Source: Longivirga aurantiaca (GTDB taxonomy: Bacteria; Actinomycetota; Actinomycetes; S36-B12; CAIYMF01). From it: DNA of 32,000 bases. The translations under genes were made by a program, and so were the position numbers. Shown here one piece after another: positions 7,696 through 18,100 of this stretch (within the stretch, counting starts at the first letter, position 1; each line of letters begins with the position of its first letter). The notes below the pieces were generated by a model. It saw only the letters and a list, made by a program, of their open reading frames with translations. It was not told where the DNA came from and did not search any database. The stretch covers positions 1 through 32,000 of the forward strand of contig NZ_JBHSTI010000051.1 of the NCBI RefSeq assembly GCF_042660085.1, given 5' to 3'.

Positions 7696-8552
7696 CGAGG
7701 AGCGAGGACGCTCTGCCGCTGGGTGCCGAGACCGGTGATGCCGAGCTCCATGACGTCGCCGGGCTGGAGCCAGACCGGCGGCTTGAAGCCGAGGCCGACG
7801 CCCGGGGGCGTTCCGGTGTTGATGAGGTCGCCGGGCTCGAGGACGAGGAACTGCGACAGGTAGTGCACGAGGAAGTAGGGGTCGAAGATCATCGTGGCCG
7901 TCGTGCCGGTCTGACGCCGTACGCCGCTGACGTCGAGCCACATGTCGAGCGCGAGCACGTCGTCGATCTCGTCAGGCGTGACGAGCCACGGGCCAGCGGG
8001 GTTGAACGTCTCGCAGCTCTTGCCCTTGCTCCACTGGCCGCCGCGCTCCATCTGGAACGCGCGCTCGCTCACGTCGTTCACCACGCAGTAGCCGGCGATC
8101 GCGTCGCGGGCGTCGTCGACGGAGTCGAGGTAGCTCGTGCGGCGTCCGATCACGATGCCCAGCTCGACCTCCCAGTCGGGCTTGGTCGCTCCGCGCGGGA
8201 TGAGCACGTCGTCGTACGGTCCGATGAGGGTGTTGGGGGACTTGGTGAACAGGATCGGCTCGTCCGGCACGGCCTGGCCGGTCTCAGCGGCGTGGTCGCT
8301 GTAGTTGAGGCCGATGCAGAGGATCTGGTGCGGCCGCGCGAACGGCGCACCCACGCGCTGGTCGCCGAGCTCGATCACGTGGCCCGCGGCCGCGCGCGAC
8401 GCCACGGTGTCGCGCACCCGCTCGATCGCACCGCCACCGAAGAAGGCCTCGTCGAAGTCGTCGACAACGTCGGAGAGGTCGACGTACGTGCCGTCGGCCA
8501 CGAGGGCCGCGGGCTTCTCCGAGCCGGGAGCGCCGATGCGCATGAGCTTCAT
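7692..8552 (-). CDS. Fumarylacetoacetate hydrolase-family protein (possible 2,4-diketo-3-deoxy-L-fuconate-type hydrolase)
   Basis: ILCIGLNYSDHAAETG, LIGPYDDVLIP, DWEVELGIVIGR, NDVSERAFQ, KSCETFNPAGPWLV, INTGTPPGVG. Confidence 0.9.
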   Translation of the reverse strand: MKLMRIGAPGSEKPAALVADGTYVDLSDVVDDFDEAFFGGGAIERVRDTVASRAAAGHVIELGDQRVGAPFARPHQILCIGLNYSDHAAETGQAVPDEPILFTKSPNTLIGPYDDVLIPRGATKPDWEVELGIVIGRRTSYLDSVDDARDAIAGYCVVNDVSERAFQMERGGQWSKGKSCETFNPAGPWLVTPDEIDDVLALDMWLDVSGVRRQTGTTATMIFDPYFLVHYLSQFLVLEPGDLINTGTPPGVGLGFKPPVWLQPGDVMELGITGLGTQRQSVLAPR

Positions 8553-8582
8553 GGGATCTCGTCCTGTCGGTGAGTGGTGCGG

Positions 8583-9491
8583 TCAGGTCGTGCCGCGCCA
8601 CGGACGGGCCGGCAGGCCCGGCACGTCCACGCGCGTGGTGAACAGCCTGCCCGACCGCGGATGGTCGGCGACATCCTGGGCGGTCATATTCTCGCGCGCG
8701 GTCGTGATCACAAGCGTCCGCCGGTCCTCGCCCGCGAACGCCACGTTGGTGGCCTGCGGCGCTCCGGGCGTGCGGACGACGTCGACGAGCGTGCCCTCGG
8801 GGCTGAACCGGCGCACCTCGCCCTGGCCGAAGACGGCCACCCAGAGGTGGCCGTCGGCATCGAGCGCGATGCCGTCGGGGAAGCCGTCGTCGACCCGCAC
8901 GAAGTCCGAGCGCCCACCTGCGGTGCCCGTGACGGCGTCGTACGGCCGCACCCGGACCACATGGCTGAAGGTGTCGACGCTGAAGAGGGTGCCGCCGTCC
9001 GCGGAGAACGCCAGGCCGTTGGACAGCCCGAGGTCGTCGTCGAGCACCGTGACCGTGCCGTCGTGGTCGACCAGCCACAGCCGCTCGGCGAACGTCCGCT
9101 CGCCCGTGGGTGCGGAGCCGACGAGGTAGCGGCCGAGCGGGTCGGTGACGCCGTCGTTCAGTCGGCGCGGCTCGTCGGCGCAGAGGACGGCTACGAGGTG
9201 CTCGCCCCCGTCGACGTCGACGAACACCAGCCGGTCGTGCGCCGCGAGCAGAGTGCCGGGCTCATGGTCGAGGAAGGCGGGGGCCGCGACGGCACCGAGC
9301 GTGGCCGGCGCGTAGGCCAGGGAGAACGACGCCTGCTCGTGAACACCGCCGCCGTCGTCGAGCGAGCCCACGTGCACCCGGCCGCCGAGGATGTCGACCC
9401 AGCGCAGGATCGCCCGTTCCGGGTCCCACACCGGGCCTTCGCCGAGCTCGTACGACGCCGTGGTCGCGACGTCGGCGTCCCACGTGGTCAC
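8583..9491 (-). CDS. SMP-30/gluconolactonase-family sugar lactonase
   Basis: LGEGPVWDPERAILRWVDI, RLNDGVTDPLGRYLVGS, LSNGLAFSADGGTLFSVDT, FPDGIALDADGHLWVAVFG. Confidence 0.92.
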   Translation of the reverse strand: MTTWDADVATTASYELGEGPVWDPERAILRWVDILGGRVHVGSLDDGGGVHEQASFSLAYAPATLGAVAAPAFLDHEPGTLLAAHDRLVFVDVDGGEHLVAVLCADEPRRLNDGVTDPLGRYLVGSAPTGERTFAERLWLVDHDGTVTVLDDDLGLSNGLAFSADGGTLFSVDTFSHVVRVRPYDAVTGTAGGRSDFVRVDDGFPDGIALDADGHLWVAVFGQGEVRRFSPEGTLVDVVRTPGAPQATNVAFAGEDRRTLVITTARENMTAQDVADHPRSGRLFTTRVDVPGLPARPWRGTT

Positions 9492-9554
9492 GCCGACGAG
9501 CCTAGACGGGCGGCGCGCTCGGCGAGGGTTGAGCCTCGCACCAGCCCCACCCCG

Positions 9555-9611
9555 TCAGCCTGATCAATCCGTTGCTTCCCGGGTGCAGAAGCAACGGATT
9601 GATGAGGCTGA
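9555..9611. repeat. Inverted repeat with ~24 bp arms, possible REP-like element
   Basis: CAGCCTGATCAATCCGTTGCTTC-CCGGGTGCA-GAAGCAACGGATTGATGAGGCTG; 22 of 23 pairs match, with one extra T/A outer pair. Confidence 0.9.
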
Positions 9612-9679
9612 GCTGGGGGGTGAACCGCCGGGGAGAGTGTGCAGGGTTGAGCGGCGGCCAGCGGGGGAAGACAGGACGA

Positions 9680-10423
9680 ATGACGACGTCGGACCCGCGG
9701 GTCGTGCAGAGCGGTGCCCGCGCCGCGTGGCTGCTCGGCTCCGGGTTGACCGCCGGCTGGTTGGCGCTGCTGGCGTGGGTGCGCGCCACCGCCCCGGACG
9801 TCCCCGCCCTCGACAGCGGGCTGCACGACTGGGCCGTTCAGGTCCGCACGCCCGAGAGCATCGACCTCGCCAACGCCGTGAGCGTGCTGGGTCAGGTGGA
9901 CGTGGCCGTGCCGCTCGCGGTCGTCGGCGTCGTCCTGGTCGAGTCGGTCACGCGCCGCTGGGGCCGCGCCCGTGCTGCCGTGGGCATGGCGGTGCTCGCG
10001 GGTGGAGGCGCGGTGGTCGGTCTCGCCATGAACCACGTGGTCGGCCGCGAGCGTCCGGTGCCCGACTCCTGGGCGGGCGCCGCCGGCGGCCCGTCCTTCC
10101 CCTCCGGCCACACCACGGCTGCGACCGTCGCCGCGCTGCTGCTCGCGTGGGCGGTCACCCGCGTCGTCACCCGCCGCTGGGCGCAGGTCGCCGTATGGCT
10201 CGTTGCCGCCGTCTGGGCCGTCGGCGTCGGCTGGTCTCGAGTCTGGCTCGGCGTCCACTGGCCGACCGACGTGCTCGCCGCGTGGCTGTTCGTCCCCTCG
10301 CTGCTCGTGCTCGGCCGGGCAGCGCAGCTCACCTGGTGGCCGGGCGACGCGCCCCCCACAGCGGTCCTCGACCCGTCCGACACCCCCGGCTCCGAGCCGG
10401 TCTACCGAGAGGTTCCCCGATGA
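9680..10423 (+). CDS. PAP2-family membrane phosphatase
   Basis: Tripartite signature: NHVVGRERPVP, SFPSGHTTAA, WSRVWLGVHWPTDV; multiple transmembrane segments. Confidence 0.9.
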   Translation: MTTSDPRVVQSGARAAWLLGSGLTAGWLALLAWVRATAPDVPALDSGLHDWAVQVRTPESIDLANAVSVLGQVDVAVPLAVVGVVLVESVTRRWGRARAAVGMAVLAGGGAVVGLAMNHVVGRERPVPDSWAGAAGGPSFPSGHTTAATVAALLLAWAVTRVVTRRWAQVAVWLVAAVWAVGVGWSRVWLGVHWPTDVLAAWLFVPSLLVLGRAAQLTWWPGDAPPTAVLDPSDTPGSEPVYREVPR

Positions 10424-11352
10424 CCAAGGTCGCCGTGGTCGCGCATTCCGGCAAGACGTTCGGAGGCGGGCTGCCCGAGCTCCACGACGTCCTCGCGCAC
10501 GAGGGCGTCGACGTCCTCTGGTACGAGGTGCCGAAGAGCAAGCACGCCCCGAAAGCGGTGCGCAGGGCGCTGAAGCAGGGCGCCGAGCTCGTCCTCGCCT
10601 GGGGCGGCGACGGCATGCAGCAGCGCTGCATCGAGGTGCTCGCGGGCACCGGCGTTCCGCTCGGGATCCTGCCTGCCGGCACCGGCAACCTGCTCGCGAC
10701 GAACCTCGACGTGCCGACGACCGTCGCGGACGCGGTGGCGGTCGCGCTGCACGGCGACCGGCGGGCCCTCGACACCGGTGTCTGCAACGGCGAGCACTTC
10801 GCCGTGATGGCGGGCGCGGGCTTCGACGCGCTCATGATCAAGGACGCCGACCGAGGACTGAAGGACCGCATCGGCAGGGCCGCCTACCTGTGGACCGGCC
10901 TGCGCAACATCAGCGCCGCGCAGGTGCACGGCCGGGTCAAGGTGGACGGCAACCTCTTCTACGAGGGGCAGCTCTCGTGCGTGCTCGTCGGCAACGTCTC
11001 GAAGGTCTTCGCGGGCATCGAGGCGTTCGACGGCGCCCGTCCGGACGACGGGGTGCTCGAGGTCGCCGTCGTGTCTGCCAGCACGCCGGTCGAGTGGACC
11101 CGCGCGGTGACACGCGTGGTCGCCGACCGCGCAGAGAGGTCGCCGTTCATCGACGTGACGAGCGGTCGGAGGATCCGGGTCGCTCTGAGGACCAAGCTCG
11201 CGTACGAGATCGACGGCGGCGACCGTCCGCCGACGAAGAAGCTGCGCATCGACGTCCGTCCCGCGTCCGTGACGGTGTGCGTGCCGCAGCGCACCACGGA
11301 GATCCAGCAGGTCGACCACGCCGAGGGGGTTGAGCCGGTCGCTGCCGGGTAG
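10420..11352 (+). CDS. Diacylglycerol kinase-family (DgkB/YegS-like) lipid kinase
   Basis: LVLAWGGDGMQQRCIEVL and LGILPAGTGNLLATNL motifs; ATGA overlap with the PAP2 gene. Confidence 0.9.
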   Translation: MTKVAVVAHSGKTFGGGLPELHDVLAHEGVDVLWYEVPKSKHAPKAVRRALKQGAELVLAWGGDGMQQRCIEVLAGTGVPLGILPAGTGNLLATNLDVPTTVADAVAVALHGDRRALDTGVCNGEHFAVMAGAGFDALMIKDADRGLKDRIGRAAYLWTGLRNISAAQVHGRVKVDGNLFYEGQLSCVLVGNVSKVFAGIEAFDGARPDDGVLEVAVVSASTPVEWTRAVTRVVADRAERSPFIDVTSGRRIRVALRTKLAYEIDGGDRPPTKKLRIDVRPASVTVCVPQRTTEIQQVDHAEGVEPVAAG

Positions 11353-11408
11353 AACCCCTGGGCACGGTGCGAGGTGCGCCGTGCTCCGCACAACGAGAGG
11401 GGCCAGTC

Positions 11409-11684
11409 ATGGGTATCGGAGCGAGCATCTTCCTGCTGGCGGTCGGCGCGATCCTGGCGTTCGCCGTCAACGCGCAGGTCGCAGGCATCGACATCCAGGT
11501 GGTCGGCTGGGTCCTCATGGGCGCCGGTGTCATCGGCCTGCTCATGACCCTGCTGGTCTTCGCCCCCCGTCGGCGTCGTCTGGTGCGCGAGACCGGCGTG
11601 CCGTACGGCTCGGTCGCCCCTGACGGCGACCTCCCCGTGTCCCGCAACGTCGTCACCACCGAGGTGCGCGACGACGTCGTGTGA
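11409..11684 (+). CDS. Small two-TM membrane protein (DUF6458-like)
   Basis: MGIGASIFLLAVGAILAFAVNAQVAGIDIQVVGWVLMGAGVIGLLMTLLVF; RBS GAGAGGGG upstream. Confidence 0.8.
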   Translation: MGIGASIFLLAVGAILAFAVNAQVAGIDIQVVGWVLMGAGVIGLLMTLLVFAPRRRRLVRETGVPYGSVAPDGDLPVSRNVVTTEVRDDVV

Positions 11685-11686
11685 AG

Positions 11687-11725
11687 CCGCTGAGCCCCCG
11701 TCACGGGGGTGCGGGGGCTCAGCGG
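11687..11725 (+). terminator. Intrinsic terminator-like hairpin
   Basis: CCGCTGAGCCCCCG-TCACGGGGGTG-CGGGGGCTCAGCGG, perfect 14 bp stem immediately after the stop codon; no T-tract. Confidence 0.75.
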
Positions 11726-11833
11726 CGGGTGACGAACGAGGCTCCGGGCGCGCGAGGACGGGGATGCGGTCCTACCGTGCTCCCTGTGGCGGCCCCGGGT
11801 GCCGTCCGACGTCGTGCGAACCGAGGAGCGCCC

Positions 11834-12151
11834 ATGTCCGAGCAGCTGACCGACCCCACCGCTGAGGCGACCGAGGGCTGCGTCGGCTGCGGATGCGGCG
11901 CTGGCGGCTGCGGCGGGTCGGGCGCTGCCCCCGTCGTCGACCTCGGGGCCGTGAAGTCCGAGGTGCGCCGGGCCGTCGTCGAGGCGGTCGTCGCCGTCGT
12001 GCCCGTGGACGACGAGGTCGTGTTCGTCGCCCCGCACGAGGTGCTGCCGCTGATGCGCTCGCTGATCGACTCCGACGCCGGCGCGCTCCAGGCGTCGTAC
12101 GACGAGGAGGGCCCCGAGCTCTGGGCCCTGCGGGTGCGCCGCCTCCGCTAG
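11834..12151 (+). CDS. DUF2249-like protein with Cys-rich N-terminus (paralogue of 22681-22995)
   Basis: N-terminal GCVGCGCGAGGCGG followed by VVDLGAVKSEVRRAVVEAVVAVVPVDDEVVFVAPHEVLPLMRSL...DEEGPELWALRVRR. Confidence 0.75.
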   Translation: MSEQLTDPTAEATEGCVGCGCGAGGCGGSGAAPVVDLGAVKSEVRRAVVEAVVAVVPVDDEVVFVAPHEVLPLMRSLIDSDAGALQASYDEEGPELWALRVRRLR

Positions 12152-12167
12152 CGCGCCCGTCCCTGAG

Positions 12168-12923
12168 TCAGCCGCGGCGGATTGGCTCCCAGCCCCGCTG
12201 CGGGTCGCGGTTGCCGGTGACTGTCGTGTCACGGCTGCGGTAGACGAGGTACGGCCGCGAGACGTAGCCGACCGGTGCGCTGAAGATGTGCACGAGGCGC
12301 GTGAACGGCACGAGGGCGAAGAGCAGCATCGCGACCGCGGCGTGGAGCTGGAACGACAGGGGCGCACCCGTCATGTCGCCCGGGTCCGGGCTCAGCACGA
12401 AGAGGCTCCGGAACCACACTGCAACGGACTCTCGGTAGTTGTAGCCGTCCGGGTAGCCGCCGGTGAGGTTGAGCAGGTTGATGCCCACGGTGTTGAAGAC
12501 GCCCAGGCCGACGACGGCACCCAGGAACACGTACATGACCTTGTCCATCGTCGTGGTCACGGAGAACACGCGTCCGACCGTGCGGCGGCGGTAGATCAGG
12601 ATCGACAGGCCCGTGACGACCATGACCGCTGCGATCACGCCGAAAGCCACCGCGGCCACGTGGTACATGTGCTCCGAGACGCCGATCGTCTCGGTCCACC
12701 CGGCGGGGATGAGCAGGCCGAGCACGTGACCGCCGAGCGCCAGCAGGATGCCGACGTGGAACAGCGGGCTGCCGATGCGCAGCAGCTTGGTCTCGTACAT
12801 CTGCGAGGACCGCGTCGTCCAGCCGTAGGCGTCGTACTTGTAGCGCCAGAACATCCCGACGGCGAACGCCACGAGGCTGACGTAGGGCAGGACGACCCAG
12901 ACGAACGTCTGCACGGTGGTCAT
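12168..12923 (-). CDS. narI: Respiratory nitrate reductase gamma subunit
   Basis: FVWVVLPYVSLVAFAVGMFWRYKYDAYGWTTRSSQMYE...FHVGILLALGGHVLGLLIP; downstream of narJ. Confidence 0.95.
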   Translation of the reverse strand: MTTVQTFVWVVLPYVSLVAFAVGMFWRYKYDAYGWTTRSSQMYETKLLRIGSPLFHVGILLALGGHVLGLLIPAGWTETIGVSEHMYHVAAVAFGVIAAVMVVTGLSILIYRRRTVGRVFSVTTTMDKVMYVFLGAVVGLGVFNTVGINLLNLTGGYPDGYNYRESVAVWFRSLFVLSPDPGDMTGAPLSFQLHAAVAMLLFALVPFTRLVHIFSAPVGYVSRPYLVYRSRDTTVTGNRDPQRGWEPIRRG

Positions 12924-13567
12924 GCGTGCACACCTGCCTTCAGCGACTCGACGGGGAAGAACGGGGCGAGGCCGACCTGCTCGGCCGGCGGGCCGGCGAA
13001 GGCGAGCTCCTCCGCCGTGGGGCCGTCAGGAGCGGCGGGGACGACGGCGAGCAGCGCCGACACCGGATCGACATAGGGCGAGTCGAACTTCGCGAGCGCG
13101 TGCTCGAGCAGCTCGAGCCCGGCCCGGTGCCGGGCCAGCATCTCCAGCGCCGCGTCGACGGGTCCGACGGCACCGAACTCGAGCACCACCGGCAGGAAGT
13201 CGGGGAGCTCTTCCGGCCCGAGGTCGAACCCGGCCTCCTGATACCTCTCCTTGAAGCCGACGAGGGCCATCCCGCGGCTTCGCGTGTCGCCGTTGAGGAA
13301 CCAGGTGAGGTAGAGGCATGCCTTGCGCCTGCGGTCGAAGATCTCGACGTAATGCGCCTGAGCATTGACGAGGTCCGTGCTCGAGAGCCACTCGGTCATG
13401 CGCCGCAGTGGTTCGCGCGAACCGTGGGGGAGCTCGTCGAGGCTGCGGCCGACGAGGTTCAGCCTGTCGACCGCTCCCTGGTCCGGGTACGACAGCAGCA
13501 TCGACGTGGTGGCGAGCAGGCGGCGTACCGCAGGCGCCTCGCTCTCGGGGAGATGGTGGGTGATCAC
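12920..13567 (-). CDS. narJ: Nitrate reductase molybdenum cofactor assembly chaperone
   Basis: LLSYPD, YVEIFDRRRKACLYLTWFLNGDTRSRGMAL, ELPDFLPVVLEF. Confidence 0.95.
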   Translation of the reverse strand: MITHHLPESEAPAVRRLLATTSMLLSYPDQGAVDRLNLVGRSLDELPHGSREPLRRMTEWLSSTDLVNAQAHYVEIFDRRRKACLYLTWFLNGDTRSRGMALVGFKERYQEAGFDLGPEELPDFLPVVLEFGAVGPVDAALEMLARHRAGLELLEHALAKFDSPYVDPVSALLAVVPAAPDGPTAEELAFAGPPAEQVGLAPFFPVESLKAGVHA

Positions 13568-15138
13568 TGCGACCCTCCCGGGAGGTCGGCGTTCGAGTCG
13601 GCCTCGAAGCGCTGCTTGGTGAGATGGAAGCTCTCGATCGAGACGGGTACCGGCTTGCCGTCACCGACGACGGGCTGCATCCCCGGCCCGCCCTCGAAGT
13701 CGAGCGAGCATCCGGGCGACTCCTCCAGCGCGGCAGCCGCCTCCTGGTGCGCGCGCGGGATCACATATCGGCTCTCGTACTTCGCGATCGCGAGCAGCCG
13801 GTACATCTCGTAGAGGTCCTCGCCCGTGAGGCCGACCGCCTCCGCGATCGACTCGTCGGTGTCGCGACCGAGGTTGATGTCGCGCATGTACGAGCGCATC
13901 GCTGCCAGCCGCTTGAGGACGCCGTCGACCACGGGCACGTCGCCTGCCGTGAGGAGGTTGGCCAGATAGCCGATGGGGATCCGTAGGGCGTCGATCGCGC
14001 CGAACAGGTTGCCGGCGTCCTCGGCGTCATGGCCGCTGTTGGCGAGCGCGTCCACCACCGGCGACAGCGGCGGGATGTACCAGACCATCGGCATGGTGCG
14101 GTACTCCGGGTGCAGCGGCAGCGCGAGGCGGTACTTCTTGGCCAGCGTGTAGACGGGCGACTTCTGCGCCGCCTCGATCCAGTCGTCGGCGATCCCGTCG
14201 CGACGTGCCTGGGCGACGACCTCGGGGTCGTTCGGGTCGAGGAGCACGTCGAGCTGCGCCTCGTACAGGTCCTTGTCGTCCTCGACCGAAGCCGCGGCGA
14301 GCACCTTGTCCACGTCGTACAGGAAGAGGCCGATGTAGCGCAGGCGCCCGACGCAGGTCTCGGCGCAGACGGTCGGCTGACCCACCTCGAGGCGGGGGTA
14401 GCAGAACGTGCACTTCTCGGCCTTGCCGGTCTTGTGGTTGAAGTAGACCTTCTTGTACGGGCAGCCCGAGACGCACATGCGCCAGCCGCGGCAGCGGTCC
14501 TGGTCGACGAGCACGATGCCGTCCTCTGACCGTTTGTACATCGCGCCGGACGGGCAGGCGGCGACGCACGCCGGGTTGAGGCAGTGCTCGCAGATCCGCG
14601 GCAGGTAGAACATGAACGCCTTCTCGAGCTCGAAGACCACGCTGTCCTCGATGCCCTTGAGCATCGGATCGAGGTGGCCGCGCTCGTGCGTCCCGCCGAG
14701 GTCGTCGTCCCAGTTGGCGCCCCAGCGGATCTCGGTGTCCTTGCCCGTGATCATGGACTTCGGGCGGGCGACAGGGGTGGTGTCCATGGCCGGCGAGCTG
14801 ATGAGGGTGTCGTAGTCGTACGTCCACGGCTCGTAGTAGTCGTCGAGCGACGGGAGCTTGGGGTTGCTGAAGATCTGGGTGAGCCGGCGGATGCGGCCGC
14901 CGCTGCGCAGCTTGAGCCGGCCGCGCTTCGTGCGGACCCAGCCGCCCTTCCACTGCTCCTGGTCCTCGTGCCGCTTGGGGTAGCCGAGACCGGGCCGGGT
15001 CTCGACGTTGTTGAACCAGACGTACTCGACACCCGTGCGGTTGGTCCACGTCTGCTTGCACGTGACCGAGCAGGTGTGGCACCCGATGCACTTGTCGAGG
15101 TTCATCACCATGCCCACCTGGGCCATGACGCGTGTCAT
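13564..15138 (-). CDS. narH: Respiratory nitrate reductase beta subunit
   Basis: Fe-S motifs CIGCHTCSVTCKQTW, CEHCLNPACVAACPSGA, CRGWRMCVSGCPYKK, CTFCYPRLEVGQPTVCAETC; ATGA overlap with narG. Confidence 0.97.
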   Translation of the reverse strand: MTRVMAQVGMVMNLDKCIGCHTCSVTCKQTWTNRTGVEYVWFNNVETRPGLGYPKRHEDQEQWKGGWVRTKRGRLKLRSGGRIRRLTQIFSNPKLPSLDDYYEPWTYDYDTLISSPAMDTTPVARPKSMITGKDTEIRWGANWDDDLGGTHERGHLDPMLKGIEDSVVFELEKAFMFYLPRICEHCLNPACVAACPSGAMYKRSEDGIVLVDQDRCRGWRMCVSGCPYKKVYFNHKTGKAEKCTFCYPRLEVGQPTVCAETCVGRLRYIGLFLYDVDKVLAAASVEDDKDLYEAQLDVLLDPNDPEVVAQARRDGIADDWIEAAQKSPVYTLAKKYRLALPLHPEYRTMPMVWYIPPLSPVVDALANSGHDAEDAGNLFGAIDALRIPIGYLANLLTAGDVPVVDGVLKRLAAMRSYMRDINLGRDTDESIAEAVGLTGEDLYEMYRLLAIAKYESRYVIPRAHQEAAAALEESPGCSLDFEGGPGMQPVVGDGKPVPVSIESFHLTKQRFEADSNADLPGGSQ

Positions 15139-18100
15139 CAGTACTGCACCTCCTGCGACCGGCGACGGATAGTCGTCACCTCGTCGCGCTGGTTGCCGGT
15201 GGGGCCGTAGTAGTTGAAGCCGTACGACAGCTGCGCGTAGCCGCCGATGAGGTGGGTCGGCTTGAGCAGCAGCCGCGTGAGCGAGTTGTGGATGCCGCCG
15301 CGCTTCCCGGTCTTCTCGACCCGGGGGACGCCGACCGTGCGGTCCTTCGCGTGGTACATGTAGACAGTGCCCTCGGGCATGCGGTGGCTGACGACGGCGC
15401 GCGCGACGACGATGCCGTTGCGGTTGTGCGCCTCGATCCAGTCGTTGTCGCGCACGCCGATCTTCTCGGCGTCCTCGCGGCTCATCCAGATGTCGGGACC
15501 TCCGCGCGAGAGTGCCAGCATGAAGAGGTTGTCCTGGTACTCGGAGTGGATCGACCACTTCGAGTGCGGGGTCAGGTAGCGGACGACGACCTGCTGCTCG
15601 TCGTGGTCGCCGATCGTCGGGTAGCCCGCGATGGCCGCGAGGTTGAGCGGCGGCCGGTACGTGGGGAAGCACTCGCCGACCTCGGCCATCCAGTCGTGGT
15701 CGAGGAAGAAGTGCTGACGCCCCGTCAGCGTGTGCCACGGCTTCTTGCGCTCGACGTTGATGGTGAACGGAGAGTACCGGCGCCCTCCGTGCTCGCTACC
15801 CGACCACTCCCACGAGGTGATGACGGGCTGGGGCCGGCTCTGGGTGTCGGCGAACGTGATGTGCTTGCCCTCGTTGTCGCGCGCGAGGTCGGCGAGCACC
15901 TGTCCGGTGCGCTTCTCGAGGAACTCGAAGCCGGCCACGGCGACCGCGCCGTTGCTGACGCCGGAGAGGGTGAGGATCGCCTCGCACACCTGCTCGGCCG
16001 TCTCGATCCGGGGGCGTCCGTCGGCCACGCCGCCCACGACCGTGCCGTTGACCTTCTTCAGGTGCTCCACGGACTTCGGCTGCCTGAGCGTGATTCCCTT
16101 GACCACCGTGCCGATGCTCTCGACGTTGGGCCCGAGGGCGCCCATCTTCGCGGCGATGGCCGAGTAGTCGCGCTCGACGACCACGAGGTTGGGCATGGTG
16201 CGGCCGGGGACCGGCTCGCACTCGCCGGCGCGCCAGTCGAGCACGCGGCCGCCGGGCTGGGAGATCTCGCTGGGGGTGTCGTGCTGCTGCGGCAGCGCGA
16301 CGACGTCCTTGACGACACCGAGCCGTGGCCCGGCGAGCTCGGTGAACACCGCCGCCATCTTCTGGAAGACGTCGTGGTCGCTGCGGCACTGCCACGGTGG
16401 CGAGATCGCCGCGTTGAACGCGTGGATGAACGGGTGCATGTCGGTCGAGGAGATGTCGTACTTCTCGTACCAGGTCGCGGCCGGGAGCAGCACGTCGCTG
16501 AACAGCCCGGTGCTCGTCATGCGGAAGTCGAGCGACACCAGGAGGTCGAGCTTCCCGGTGGGCGCCTCGTCCCGCCAGGCCACCGTCTTCGGCCGCTTGC
16601 CCTCGGGCGTCTGGCCGCCGTCGATGGCGCCGTCCGCACCGAGCAGGTGGTGCAGGAAGTACTCGTTGCCCTTCCCGCTCGAGCCGAGCAGGTTCGCGCG
16701 CCAGACCGTGAGCACTCGAGGGAAGTTCTCGGGCGCGTCCGGGTCCTCGACCGAGAACTTGAGACGGTCGGCCTTCAGCTCCTGCACCACGTAGTCGGGA
16801 GCGGACATGCCTGCGGCCTCCGCGTCGGCAGCGAGCGTGATCGGGTTGCGGTCGAACGTGGGGTACGACGGCGTCCAGCCCATGCGGACCGCCTGGGCCA
16901 GCGTGTCGGCCATGGCCTGGCCGGTGAACCGACCGGTCCCGAGCGGGGTCGCGACCTCGTCGGCGCCGAACGCGTCGTACCGCCACTGGTCGGTGTGGAG
17001 GTACCAGAACGATGTGCCGGCCATCTGGCGCGGCGGGCGCGACCAGTCGGCGCCGAAGGCGAGCTGCGCCCAGCCGGTGAACGGCCGGGCCTTCTCCTGA
17101 CCCACGTAGTGGGCCCAGCCTCCGCCGTTCTTGCCCTGGCAGCCGGTGAGCAGCACCAGGCTGATGATCGCGCGGTAGATCGTGTCGGAGTGGTACCAGT
17201 GGTTGGTGCCGGCACCGAGCGTGATCATCGAGCGACCGCCGGAGTCCTCGGCGTTCTGCGCGAACTCGCGGGCGATGCGCTCGACGGTCGCCGCCGGGAC
17301 GGAGGTGATCTCCTCCTGCCAGGCCGGCGTGTACGGCGCATCCGCGTCGTCGTACCCGGCGCCCCACGTGCCGGGCAGGCCGTCGCGGGCCACGCCGTAC
17401 TGCGCGAGCAGGAGGTCGTAGACCGTGGTCACGAGCCGGTCGCCCATGCGGCGCACGGGCACACCTCGCCGGATGACGCTGCCGCGCTCGGTGCCGTTCT
17501 CTCCGGCGTCGAACCGAGGAAGGTCGACGGTCACAGTCTCGGCGCCGTCCGCGTGCATGGTGAGCAGCGGGTCGACGTCGCCGAGGTCGAGGTTCCAGTG
17601 GCCCATCCCGGACTCGTTGTGGCGGAAGCCGATCGAGCCGTCGGGCACGACCGTCTCGCCGGTCGCGGCATCGATGAGAACCGGCTTCCACTCGGCCGCC
17701 TCGACATCCTGGCCGAGGTCTGCGGCGTTGACGAAGCGGTCGGGGACGAACGACTCGCCGTGCGCGCGGAGCGAGACGAGGAAGGGCAGGTCGGTGTAGC
17801 GCTTGGAGTAGTCGACGAACATCGGCACCTGCCGCTGCACGTAGAACTCGCGCAGGATCACGTGGCCCATCGCCATGGCGAGCGCACCGTCGGTGCCCGG
17901 GTGCGCGGGCAGCCACTCGTCGGCGAACTTGGTGTTGTCGGCGTAGTCGGGGCTGACCGTCACGACCTTCTGGCCCTTGTAGCGGGCCTCGGTCATGAAG
18001 TGCGCGTCCGGGGTACGAGTCGTAGGGATGTTGGAGCCCCACATGATCAGGTAGCTCGCGTTCCACCAGTCGGCCGACTCGGGGACGTCGGTCTGATCGC

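Noticed and set aside
9391-10419. N-terminal extension of the lipid kinase ORF
   Set aside because: Overlaps the PAP2 gene in another frame; the ATG at 10420 overlaps the PAP2 stop as ATGA and starts the conserved kinase domain.
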